DNA from: the human T2T-CHM13v2.0 reference genome, Homo sapiens
NCBI RefSeq assembly: GCF_009914755.1
Contig: NC_060925.1
Length of the DNA stretch: 64,000 nt
Direction: 5' to 3' (one strand)
Made by a program: the position numbers and the translations under genes
Notes under the pieces: generated by a model
Database searches by the model: none
Seen by the model: only the letters and a program-made list of their open reading frames with translations
What the model was told of the DNA's origin: nothing
Part shown: one piece after another, positions 13,215 to 25,400 of the stretch
Layout of the letters: every line of letters begins with the position of its first letter
Position numbering within the stretch: the stretch's first letter is position 1

Positions 13215-14222
13215 TTCTCTCTAAGGCCAGATTAATTTCTGAGTTCCTATTGGTCTTCTCTTTAAGGGTGCCTCATTTGCATATCTAACTTAAAATATCA
13301 AAAGCTGAGTTGATATTCTCCTCCTCATCTTAAAGCTACTTGCCTATGTTTGTGTCTTCCCTTAGTTAATGCCATCACTATCCACTCAGTCTCTAGCTAT
13401 AGGTCTTGGAGTCATTCTCAACTTTTCTCTTCCCTAACCCTCAGCATTTAATCAGAGATAAAATATATTCTATGTCTGAAATATCTTGACTCCATCTTCT
13501 CCTTTCAAGCCCCATCTCTCAGCTGATTCATTTTAATAGCCATTTTACTACCCTCTTCCTTTCCCTCCTTAATTCACTGTCCACATTTCCACCAGCATTG
13601 TTATGTTCACATTCCCCTCCTATCCCTGATCCCTGCCCCATTTTCTATAGAAAACAAATTCTTATTCATAGTTTCAAAGTCTCCACAATATAACCAGAGC
13701 CTACCCTCACAATCTTGCTTACTTCCCACAATCATTCTTATCTCTTCTTTTTCACACTCATCTACACAGCCATACATGCCTGCACTATAATCTAGACGAT
13801 ACAGATTTGTTAGATACTTGTTAATCCCAGACTATTTGAACATTTATAAACTTGTCAGAAACTTTCACATGCATGTACTTTTACCTAAGCCACCGCTTCT
13901 GTCTGGACCATTCTCTCCTTATTTACATTTCTGTAAAAATGCGATTAACTACACTATTGCCGTTTACTCTGTGAAGTCTTCCACAATTACTCCACCAAAA
14001 TCACTGTCTTCCATGATTACCTAACATTTGTTTATGCCAATATTATTCTACTTAAAAATGATGGCCTATAGCCATGTTATAAATGAATGCCTCTCTAGCT
14101 CTTAAATATAAATTTATTGTATGCAGGGACTAATCTCTACTCATTTTTGTATATTATTTGTGCCTCGTGTATTGTCCCAGAGTAGGTGCTTTGTAAATGT
14201 TTGTTTAATTTCTGAGTGAAAT
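13215..14222 (+). mobile_element. L2 LINE 3' portion
   Basis: Pyrimidine-rich L2 body motifs, ending GAGTAGGTGCTTTGTAAATGTTTGTTTAAT. Confidence 0.65.
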
Positions 14223-14924
14223 TTTAAAAGAGATCAGCTTTAATTAAAAAAAAAAAGAAAGCATACAACATATTTCCCTAAAGGGGGCTATCAGGATTTC
14301 TTTGTTCTATTCTAGCCCACTCTGCAACCTTCATTTATTTTATCATACAATTCTAAGATTTCTCTCTCCAAAATGGGTTTAACATCCCTTCTAAAAGCTG
14401 CAGTGGTATATCTGCAAAACCTGTCAAGAAGCCCTGATGAAAGGCAATGCCGAATTGCAAGCATTATTACAAAGACAGGTGTGGTGTTCAATTCAAAACC
14501 AGCCACCTGTGCGTCCTCCGTTTTCAGAGATGACTCGCACATGTTCATCACAGATTCCCCAAGTCACTTATCGCCTGTGCACTCCTTAGAGGGAGACCAT
14601 CTGGAATTGCAGAGTTTTCTATTCTTAAGCTCTTTTAATTTTTCAATCACCTGCCCTGACATAAGACGGGTTCATTTTCTGTTTATAGTATGTCTCATGG
14701 GCAGTTTATGGATCTGTTTCTGGCATTTTCCCTCCAATCATCTTGGGAATCACAGCATGAAGGTGGTGGGCAGGGGGGTAGGAGGAATCCAGGTTAGACT
14801 GTTTAATTTTCTGTTACGGGATTTCTGTATCGTTTTGGGTTTTGGAACTGGTAATGCCAAAATGCTGCTTCTTTACTCAGTATACAGGCAAAGGCAAACC
14901 ATTTAAGTCTACCAAACATCTGGA

Positions 14925-15130
14925 TAATAGTGACAGTATTAACAAATTACTTGACAATTCAGAAGTGATTTTCATGTATATTATCTAATTTAATTCTCAT
15001 TACAATCCTGTGAAGTACATTTCCTGTTACAGATAAAAAAACAATGGTTCATTTTTGTTTTCTTTTGCAAGATCACAGAAATAATAAGAGCTAGGAAGTA
15101 AGTTTTCTGAATCTAAATCCCATGATCTTT
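14925..15130 (-). mobile_element. MIR SINE
   Basis: TATTATCTAATTTAATTCTCATTACAATCCTGTGAAGTA...TTACAGATAAAAAAAC...TTGCAAGATCACAG. Confidence 0.6.
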
Positions 15131-15392
15131 AGTAGAGTATAACATATAGGGAATAGCCAAATAATTAAGAAACAAATATCAGCTATATTTCAGATAAGCA
15201 ATCTATTATTTACAGAATTAAGAGTTACATATAACATAGTAAAGTCTCATTCATATGTAATAAAATGTGCTTGTAAAAACATAAAGGTCAATTAGAAAAA
15301 GGGTCAAAATTGCAATATTTTAAGACAGTTTTAGTACTAGTAAACATGGTGTGTATGATAAACTAAAAAGTAAATGGACAAGAAGTAAAATA

Positions 15393-17072
15393 CCAGTGAG
15401 ATTATGCTGGGTCAGATCCAAAGCCAGCACGGCACCGGGTTTCTTGCCTAAGGTCCATGGTGACCACTCCTTGGCTATTGCCAATGTTCACTCAAGGCCC
15501 AAGCACTCTTTATTCAGCTGGTGGCAAATCCAGCCAGGCTTGTGTTTTTCCCTTCAGTATGACGAGCTCCCCCTAAGCCCAAGACAAGTCCTAAAATGTC
15601 ATCTGGGAGCCAGGACCTGGAATCAGGATCCTTAGGAATTTACTTGGTGCTGTATTCTACTATGGCTGAGCTGGCAATCAAGTGCAAGATTAAGCCCTTT
15701 ATTTTCTTTGTTCTCCTTTCCTCAAGCAGATGGATGCTCTCCCTGTGGTCACCGACACCCCAGGCCTGAGGCAAGTACTGAGACAAGTACTGCCTGGCTA
15801 CCACCAATGTTCACTCAAGGCCCAATGGCTGCTCAGTCAGCTTATGGTAAATGTTGCCAGTCCTGTGTTTCTGTCTTCAAAGAAGTGGGCTCCCCTCTGG
15901 CCCAGGGTGGGTTCAAAAATGCCATCCAGGAGGCAAGGCCTGGAACAAAAGAAGCCCGTTGTTTTTTTTGTTTGTTTGTTTTTTACTGACCTGATACCCA
16001 AGATGCAAGACAAACTCGTCTTTACTCTTCCCTCTCCTTTCCTCAAGCAGGAGTCTCTCTGCGTGGCCACCACAGCTGGGAATATACTAGGTCACACCTG
16101 AAACCAACACAGCATTGGGTGTCACCCAAGGCCTGTGGTGAGTACTTCCTTGTTACCACTCATGTTTTTTCAAGGCTCAAATGCTGTTTAGTCAGCAGGT
16201 GATGTATCCTGCAAGTACAGGGTCTTTCCCTTCAATGCAGAGGGTTCCTTTCTGGCCCAGGGTGTGTCTAGAAATGTCATTTGGAAGTTAGGGCCTAAAA
16301 TAGGGGCCTCAGGAATTTGTCTGGTGGCCTATTATACTGTAGTTGAGCTGGTATCCAAGTTGCAAGACAATGTCCTCTTTACTCTCTTCCCTCTTCTCTC
16401 TTCAAGTGGGAAGAAGGAGCTGTGAGCTGCGCTTCCTGGGGCTGTGGGAGGGTGACACAAGCACTCCCTTAGCCACCCTAGCTGGTGTCTTACTAGGTTG
16501 TGTGCACCCCAAGTTCACTGGCTCTGAGCCCAGCACAGCACCAAAACTTGCACAGGAATTGCAGTCCTTGGGGCCTAGACTGCTTTTCAAGTTTATTTAG
16601 GACCCCAGAGAGCGTTAGCCTGCAGTGGTGGTAATAGCAGGAACCTAGGTTCCAAACGCTGGCATGGATTATTTTCCTTTGGCTATGGCTGGTCTAAATG
16701 TTCCCTCTGTGGTTGCTGGTTGAGTTCTGCACATGTTGCTTTCCACTGTGGCAGGCAGAACTGAATTCCAATGCAAAGTCCCACAATCACTGAGCTGTCT
16801 CTCCTGCAAGCACACATATTCTCTCTCCATTCCATATAGCTGCTGCTGATGGATGGAGTTGGGGTGGTGTTGGCTGTTCGAGATTGTCTTTCCTACCCTC
16901 TTCAGTGCCTCTTTCCTTGATATGATGTCAAAACTATGTACAATGATCACTCATCTGATTTTTGGTTCCTGTGAAGACTTTTTCTTGTGTAGACAGTTGT
17001 TTAATTTGGTGTTCCTGTGGGGAAGACAATTGCTGGAGGGTCCTATTCGGCTATCTTACTCCACCTCCTCCC
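15393..17072 (-). mobile_element. L1MA/L1M1-type 5' UTR only, with three ~320-355-bp internal repeat units
   Basis: Reverse complement of the L1 start (GGAGGTGGAGTAAGATAGCCGAATAGG) at ~17045-17072; repeated TGTTCACTCAAGGCCCA-like unit at ~15486, ~15808, ~16163; homologous to the start of the L1 at 22449. Confidence 0.8.
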
Positions 17073-17334
17073 CAGGGTTTTGTTTTAGCAATGACTATAT
17101 TACTTTTATTTCTAATAGTTTCATTTTGTTCTTTAGTGTTTATGATCTGTCATTACATTAGGTTATTATTTCTTCTTCAAATATTTTGATAATTTTATAT
17201 TTTGTTGAAGAACTATGAACATACTTATTAATCTCTTCCAAATTGTTCTATTATCTCTGTTTTTAGTATGTTATTTTCATGCTTTTCTCTGCCTACTCTC
17301 TCTCTCAAAATTGTGTCTCTCTAAAAAAAACTTG

Positions 17335-17380
17335 TGTGTGTGTGTGTGCGTGCGCATCTGTGTCTGTATATGTATACATG
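17335..17380. repeat. (TG)n-type microsatellite
   Basis: TGTGTGTGTGTGTGCGTGCGCATCTGTGTCTGTATATGTATACATGTG. Confidence 0.7.
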
Positions 17381-18219
17381 TGACATATTATCTTCAGTTG
17401 GTGACTGCTTTCCTCTGTTAACTCTCTCTATAGATTGTGTCTCTGTAAAAAATAAATAAGTTGTATATGCACAAAGAGAGATCACTTTCAGTGGGTGATT
17501 TATTTTTTCCTTTGTGTGTCCCAAACATCCAGGGATGCAGAATTTTCTTTATAGAGTTATTGAGGTTTTATTGTTTTGCCTCAGTACAGAAGATTCCTCT
17601 GGTATCAGACCAGTTTTTAAAAATGAATTTCAAAGCTTATTATTCCTGCTTTATGTATTACTACAAATTTTGACCACATACTTTTGGTGCAGCTTGGGTT
17701 CTTGACTTTTCTCTCAGGAGATGATTTATAGCTACTTCCAGAGCCTGGGAAGTCTGTAAGATTGTTTTTGCATTTCGCTAGGGCTGTCTTCAAAATCTTC
17801 AAAGATATTTTTTCTAATCCACTATCCTGGAGGGACTCAAGGCTGCATCTGACAGTCTTATGAACTGCTAGGGTATCACTTCAAGGTTCCTTTTGGAACT
17901 GAGTTCTTTATTTGTTTCTGGCACTTAGTGATTTCCTTTCTTCCTTTTGAGATTCACTATATTTTTTCTTAATTAATTTACATGGTATTATATGAGGCAT
18001 TTTTCTGTGTTTATATTTGAAGAGTGATCATACAAAAGGCTTCATGCAAAAATAAATTCTGCTTGTAATTAGTAGTGATTTAGGTTAGAACATTAAATAA
18101 GAGGACTGGCTTGAGTAATTATTTCATTCTCTGATTTTATAGTTTAAGATACATTTTCTAGAGCGCCTAACTCCCTATTATACCAAAATATGGAAAGATA
18201 CATACACCACTTTTTTCCC

Positions 18220-18830
18220 CATGGCAGACAGCCATAGTGATTCTCTTAAAATTTAAATCAGATCATGTCACTCTCAATGGCTTTCCATCTCATTAAGTAC
18301 AGAACCCAGTCCTTCACATGCACCTAAAAGGGCCTGCAAATCTGACCCCCTGATAACTCTTTGTCCTCATCTCTTATCTATTAATACTTTCCTGTTAACC
18401 CACTTCACTCCAGTCATATTAGGCTGCTTATTGTTCCTTGGAATACTAAGCAAGATACCACCACAGACACTTCAGTCTTGCTATTTCCTCCATTTTGTGT
18501 GTATTACGTGAACCATTCACTCTCTAATTTGCCTTAGTACTCTGTTACCTTCCATGGCAACCCAACAAAAAAGAAAAAATAAAAAAACACACGTACACAT
18601 TCCCTATTCCTCTAACCCTGCTGGGTTCTCCTGCTTTCACAGCACTCATTAGCATCTGACATAATATCCATATACTTGTTTATTTATTTTTCAGCCTCCC
18701 CCGTTTGTCATAGACTATACCTTCCAGGAGAACAGATATTTAACATGTTCTTGGTTTTTTATCTGCTGATGTATCTCAGTACCGAGAAAATTACCTGGTA
18801 CATAAAAAAGCATTCATCTGAGAGATTAAA
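18220..18830 (+). mobile_element. L2 (L2a-like) 3' portion
   Basis: AAATCAGATCATGTCACTCTCAATGGCTTTCCATCTCA...ACCTGGTACATAAAAAAGCATTCA. Confidence 0.7.
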
Positions 18831-21594
18831 ATAATACTATAATATAATTTATACTTCAAAAAACCTAGACAAATATAAACAAAATTTTTATCAAAATTAT
18901 TTAAGGAATATATACATACACACATACTTTATTTTTAATTTTAATTTTTAAAATGTTGAATTTAAAGTATGCAAACTTTTAAGAAAGTTTTGAAATATGG
19001 ATTTTAAAATCCAACTGATCAAAATTTCTGTTAAGTTAAATAGTAATGGAGAAAACTGTGTTCTTTCTTCCTCACAATTTCTTCAAAGAACATTCCATCT
19101 TCATCCAATCCACAGAGGATACAAAAATAGCCCCAATAAAGTTTCTTTATCTGAACCATGCCTGATACCCTATTAAAATACAGAAGACTATGACTCAGGG
19201 CAGTGATCTCAATATAATTAATCCCAGGAAAGATAATCTAGAGGAAGAAAATGTTACCGCAGTGATTACCCTGTAAACTCAGTTCATGCTGTCTGTGACT
19301 CAGAATAAGAATTAAAATGACGATAAGGCACTAAATATTCCAAAGATTTAATGTGAAGTGTTGATGGTTGAGAAAAATGTTTCCTCTTTATATGCATGTA
19401 CTCAAGCTTTTAATACATATTTCTGTTATGAGTTAGGATTAAGCATTAGAGGAAAGTGCTGTTGAAATGCCGGCTGTACTCTCAAAGCACTAAAACTTAA
19501 ATAATAATAAATAGCAGAAAACCCAGGGAGAAAATGAAGAAATAAAGTTATTTATAAATCTCTGGTTAGCTAACAGTGCATTACATTTATTTAGCATTAA
19601 TTAGTAAACAGTAATTTAAAATAAATAGTATTTGAATAAGAAAGAAGATGGAAACAAATAGGCACTTTTTGATAATTAATTTCCCCAATTCAGGTGGAAT
19701 ATCAGTGGCATAGGATGGAAAGAAAAAGGACTTGGAGATGTAGGCAAACCACTTGCTAATTTAGGGGCTTTCGTTACTAATATTATCACATGATATATCA
19801 GATAAATATATTCAGCCTGAACCATGAAACAAACCAGGTGTACAATTGGGCCTTTTTTAAAGTTATTTTCATATAAATATATCAGCAACTTCCCACAGTT
19901 TGATTAATTTGGCTGCTGACATTAGCCAAAGAATGGACAGTCTACCATTTCATTTATCTGTCACAAATAGAGTGTAAGACAGAGTGAAATAATGCCTAAA
20001 CATTCGGGTTCCCTTCAGAGGCCAATTTTAAGAAAAATAATTGAGGGAAGGTTATTTCAGCTTCCTCTTCTGCATATCAACTCCTCATCCTTCCCTACTT
20101 CACTTTCTACATTTTAGGATAGATAAAGGACACCACAGACAATCTAACAATTTCCTCTAGTCTCTGAGTGAGTAATAACAGAAGCAGTCCAAATGAGGAA
20201 TTCCTGTTGTTCATCCCCAGATGGATTTCCTTAGGCCACTCTTGTAACACATCTCCCTTGATTTCTACAGATTTTTATGTTGTATGCTAATTTCCATGAC
20301 TCTTTTACTCACCTGGAAAACAACAGTATCACTATCAGAATTGTTCAACTGGTATGTGACAGCTAAAATTAACACTTCTTCCTTAACTCTGTTTTATTTT
20401 GCTCCTCTCAAAAAGCAAACTCCTGTTCCCAGAGATAGTTTAATTTCATTTTTGTACCTGGATACTATTTGTGAGACCCTAATTACTTACCTTTTTTGGC
20501 AGACTTTGAATGGCTATGGCACAGGAAATCATCACAATCAGCAAGAAGAGAGATGAATGCAACAGTCAGTGCTTATCTAGGTCACTTCTCCCCAAAATGT
20601 CCTCACAGCTCTATTTCACTTAAGTTTGGATGTACCATTTAAGACATCAAAGCATTCTGCAAGTGGGGAAAAAAAAAAACAAGAAATACCTTAAAATGCC
20701 AGCTATGTGTGATTTAAAACAAAAAATATTTAAGATGAGGTTAAAAGTTATAAACATTTATGTACGTTATTAGTTCTACATCAACAAAAGAGCACAGTTT
20801 CTCTACTGCAAATTAATAGATTATAAAATCAATAGGTTTTTCATGAAAGTAATTAAGAAAAATGGGGGTAGAAACAAATTCAGTCTTTTAAGAATGTTTT
20901 GCCTTTAAAACAACTTTCTCTAAAATCACCTAAAATGAAATATAAGTTAACTCTGATTCTATGAGTTCAGTGGAGTTAAATTTAACTTGAAAACATCTTT
21001 CATTTCTATAGCTACTTTATTATATTTATACAAGACTGCAAAAAGTTAATTAGGTGATTTAAGTGAATCAACTGTCACATATATTATGAGCTCTGCATGT
21101 GTGTATTATGAAGCAATACTGACTATGAGTTCAGCCTTTTACCAACTTATTTAGCCAAGGTTGCTAGAAGTTACTTAATGAGCATGAACACACAAACTTT
21201 CAATAAACCTACAAGAAGAAAAGTGGCCCATGACCTAAAAGAACCCCTCTGTTATGCCAGGGGGATGACAAAGTATGTTAAGTCACCAGCCCCTCTGTGT
21301 TATGGTGGTTCATGTTGCCAAGGCACGTGTGGCAAATTTGCAGAGTTGGGGCAGTGAATAAGAGAAGGTCAGTTTCTAAAAATTCATCTCACAGAGTATA
21401 TGAAGTAAAAAGCCTAGGAGAAGTACTTTTCTCAATTAAAACTTAAGAATATATGAATATTTGTGGCTTCTAGAGTTTGACCTCTCAGTACCTAAGCTAT
21501 TCCTGATTTATACTTGGCAATCTGTATTTATTCTTCAGTTCATAGAATATTAGGGTCAGAAAGAAAGGTTTAAAATCACCCATTGAATATCTGG

Positions 21595-21790
21595 AAGGCT
21601 TAAAGAGTAGCAGTTCAAGAATCAGGCAGAGCTGGCTTGAATTCTGGTTTCACACTTTACAGGCTGTGTGGTATTGAATAAAGTGCTTCAAATATTGAAT
21701 CCCCAGTTTTCCTATCTGTTAAATGAGGATAATAAATAACACTTCCTGAGGAGAGAAACAGAAGATTAAATAAAATAAAGCAAAAAGTAA
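21595..21790 (+). mobile_element. MIR SINE
   Basis: GAATCAGGCAGAGCTGGCTTGAATTCTGG...CAGTTTTCCTATCTGTTAAATGAGGATAATAA core. Confidence 0.7.
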
Positions 21791-21827
21791 TATGCTGTAA
21801 TTCCCTCAGAAGCATTGTGTTTCACAG

Positions 21828-22240
21828 TTGTCAGAATTCTGAGTTCTAAGCAACAGAAACTGACTTTGGTTACATTAATCAGAAAAGGAATGTATTGGCA
21901 AGATATCAATAACTTAGAGAATTAATCAACAGTTGAGAATTAGACTCTGGCAGAAAAATAAGGAAAGCAGGTTATGAGCCTGAAGTCTGCTTAGGACATA
22001 GGAATTGATACTGCTGCTACTGGATTCTTGCTGCCACACCAGTAGTCTCTCAAACCTTCCACATTGGCTGGGAAAAATCTCTAACCCTCATTATTCAAAG
22101 CTACAGGCAAGAGAATCTTACTAGATAAACTTGAGACATGTATCTGTATGCTATTGTCCAGAGGATAAATAAGAACCCTTGTGCTACATATTGAAAGAGA
22201 GGGTCTGTCTCTCACCTTATGATTCCTCCACATAGGAATA
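21828..22240 (-). mobile_element. Ancient MLT1-type MaLR LTR (diverged)
   Basis: AGCAACAGAAACTGACTTTGGTTACATTAATCAGAAAAGGAATGTATTGG typical of old MLT1 LTR ends. Confidence 0.5.
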
Positions 22241-22448
22241 GAATGGGATATTAAGCATATCACTAGGCTTTAAAGCAAATCTCAATAAATTTCAAAGACT
22301 TAGTGTCAAACATAATACATTCTCTGACCACAATTTCAATTCTGTTAAATTAGAGCTCAGTAAATAAAGGATAAATTTTAACCTCCCTAATATTTCTATA
22401 AAGTGTAAAAAATAAATTTGAATGTAACTGAGTCAAAAAGAAACTATA

Positions 22449-25400
22449 GGGGAAGACACAGAGCAGGTTGGCCTAATAGAACTCTCCAACAATAGTCCCC
22501 CTACAGGAACACTAAATCGAACAACTATCCACACAAGAAAGCACTTTTATGAGAACCAAAAATCAAGTGAGTGATCACAGTACCAGGTTCTAACATCATA
22601 TCAAAGAAAGAGGCATTGAAGAGGTTAGGAAAGATAGTCTTGAATTGCTGATGCTGCGGAGAGGATCTGTGTTCTTGTGGGGGAGAGAGTGCAGTGATGT
22701 GGGACTTTGCATTGGAACTCAGTGCAGCCCAGCCACAGTAGAAAACAAGATAAGGCAGAACTCAGCCAGTGCCCATGGAGGGAGTCCTTATATCCGTCCC
22801 AGCAAGAGAGGAATTGCCCTTCCCAGTGGTTGGAACTAGAGTTCTGGCTAGCCCCACTACCATGGGCCAAAGCACTCTGGGATACTACATAAACCTCAAA
22901 GGCAGTCTAGGCGACAAGGACTGCAATTCCTGGGCAAGTCTTGGTGCGTGCTGGGCTAGAAGGCAGTAGACTTGGGTTGACCTAATGAGACACCAGCCAG
23001 GTGGACAAGGGAGTGCTTGCATCACCCCTCCCCCAACCCAGGCAGTGCAGCTCAGTAACCTGGGGGAGACTCCTTCCTTCCGCTGGCAGTAACTAGGCAG
23101 TGGTCACCATGGGTCTTGAGCAAGACCCAGTGCTGTGCTATCTTTGGGTGTGACTCAGCACAGTCTCAGTGTGGTAGTCACAGTGGAGCTTGCATCACCC
23201 CTCCACAAGAGGAGTACAAGCAAGTGCAGACTGCAAATATTACAATAAATATCTAACTATTCAATGCCCAGACACTCACAAACATCCAAAAGCATCAGGA
23301 CCATTCAGGAAATCATGACCTCACTAAACAAACTGAAAAAGTCACCACTGATCAATCCAAGAGTGACAGAAAATTCAAAATAGAAATTTTGAGGAAGCTC
23401 AATGAAATTTAAGATAACACAGAGAAGGAATTCAGAATCCTATCAGATAAATTTAACGAAGATACTGAAATAATTTTTGAAACATGTAGAAATTCTGAGC
23501 TGAAAAATTGAATTGACATACAGAAGAATGCATCAGAGTCTCCCAACAGCAGAACTGATCAAGCAGAAGAAAGAATCAGGCTATTTGAAAATACACAGTC
23601 AAAAGAAACAAAAGAATAGAAAAGAATGAAGCTTGCCTATAAGTTCTAGAAAATATCTCAAAAGGGCAAATTAAGATTTACTGGCCTTAAAGAGGAGGTA
23701 CAGAGATCAAGGTATAAATTTTATTCAAAGAGATAATAACAGATAACTTTTCAAACCTAGAGAAATATATCAAAATTCAAGTATAGATGGGTTGTAGAAC
23801 ATCAAGTAGATTTCATCCAAATAAAACTACCTCAAGACATTTAATAATCAAACTTCCAAAGGTCAAGGATAAAGAAAGGATTCTAAAAGCAGCAAGAGAA
23901 AAGACACAAATAACATACCTTACAATCTAGGAGAGAGTGGCATTACATATTTAAAGTGCTGAAGGAAAAAAGACTTTTATCCTAGAAGAGTACACCCAGT
24001 GAAAATACCCATTAAACATGAAGAAGAAATAGGCTTTCCCAGACAAACAAAAGCTGAGGGATTTCATCAACACCAGAACTGCCCTACAAGAAATGCTAAA
24101 GGGAGCTGTTCAATCTAAAATGAAAGGACACTAATGAGCAATAGGAAGTCATCTGAAGGTACAAAACTCACTGGTAATAGTAAGTACACAAACAAACACA
24201 CAATATTATAACACTGTAATTGTGGTACGTGAACTATTGATATCTTGAATACGAAGACTAAAAGATAAACCTATCAAAAATAATAACTACAACTTTTAAG
24301 ACATAGTATAATAAAACGTAGATGGAAGCAACAAAAAGTTAGAAAGCAGGGGGATTAAGTTAAAGTGTAGAGCTTTTATTAGTTTTCTCTTTCGTTGTTG
24401 TGAGTTTGGATTGTTTTGTATCCAGTGCTAAGTTGTGATCAGTTTAAAATAATGAGTTCTAAGATGTTATTTCCAAACCTCATGGTCACCTCAAATCATA
24501 AAACCTACAACAGATACACAAAAAACTGAAAATCAGTAAATTAAAACAACCCACCAAAAAAAATTAACTTCCCAAAAAGGAATACAGGGAAGAAGGAAGG
24601 AAGAAAGAGAAGAGCACACATAAAACACCCAGAAAACAAATAACAAAATGGCAGTAGTAAGTCCTTACTTACTAATAATAACATTGAATGTAAATGGACT
24701 AAACTCTCCAATCACAAGACATAGAGAGCCTGAACAATAACAATAATAAAAAAACAAGCTCTAACAATCTGGTAACTATAAGAAACACGCTTCACTTATA
24801 AAGACTAACTTAGACTTAAAATATAGGAACTGAAAAATATTGCATGAAAATGGAAACAAAAAAAGCAGAAGTAGCTATATTTACATCAGACAAAATAGAT
24901 TTCAAAACAAAAACTATAAACAGAGACAAAGAAGGTCATTATATAATGATAAAGAAGTCAACTTAGCAAGAGGGTGTAACACTTGTAAATATATATACAT
25001 TCAACACTGGAACACTCAAACATATTAAGTAAATATTATTAGAGCTAAAGAGAGAGATAGACCCTAATACAATATTAGCTGGAGACTTCAACACCCCACT
25101 TTCAGCATTGGACAGAACCACTACACAGAAAACCACCACCAACAACAACATTGGACTTAATCTACATTATATACCAAATGGACCTAATATATATTTACAC
25201 AATCTTTCATTTAAGAGCTGCAGAATACACGTTCTTCTCCTCAAGGCATGGCTCATTCTTAAGGATAGATCACATGTTAGAACAAAAAACAAGTCTTAAA
25301 AAATTAAAAAATTGAAAAAATATCAAGTGTCTCATCTTTCCAGTTTTATTCTCAATGGAATAAAACTAGAAATAAATAATTAGAAAAATATCAGAAACTA

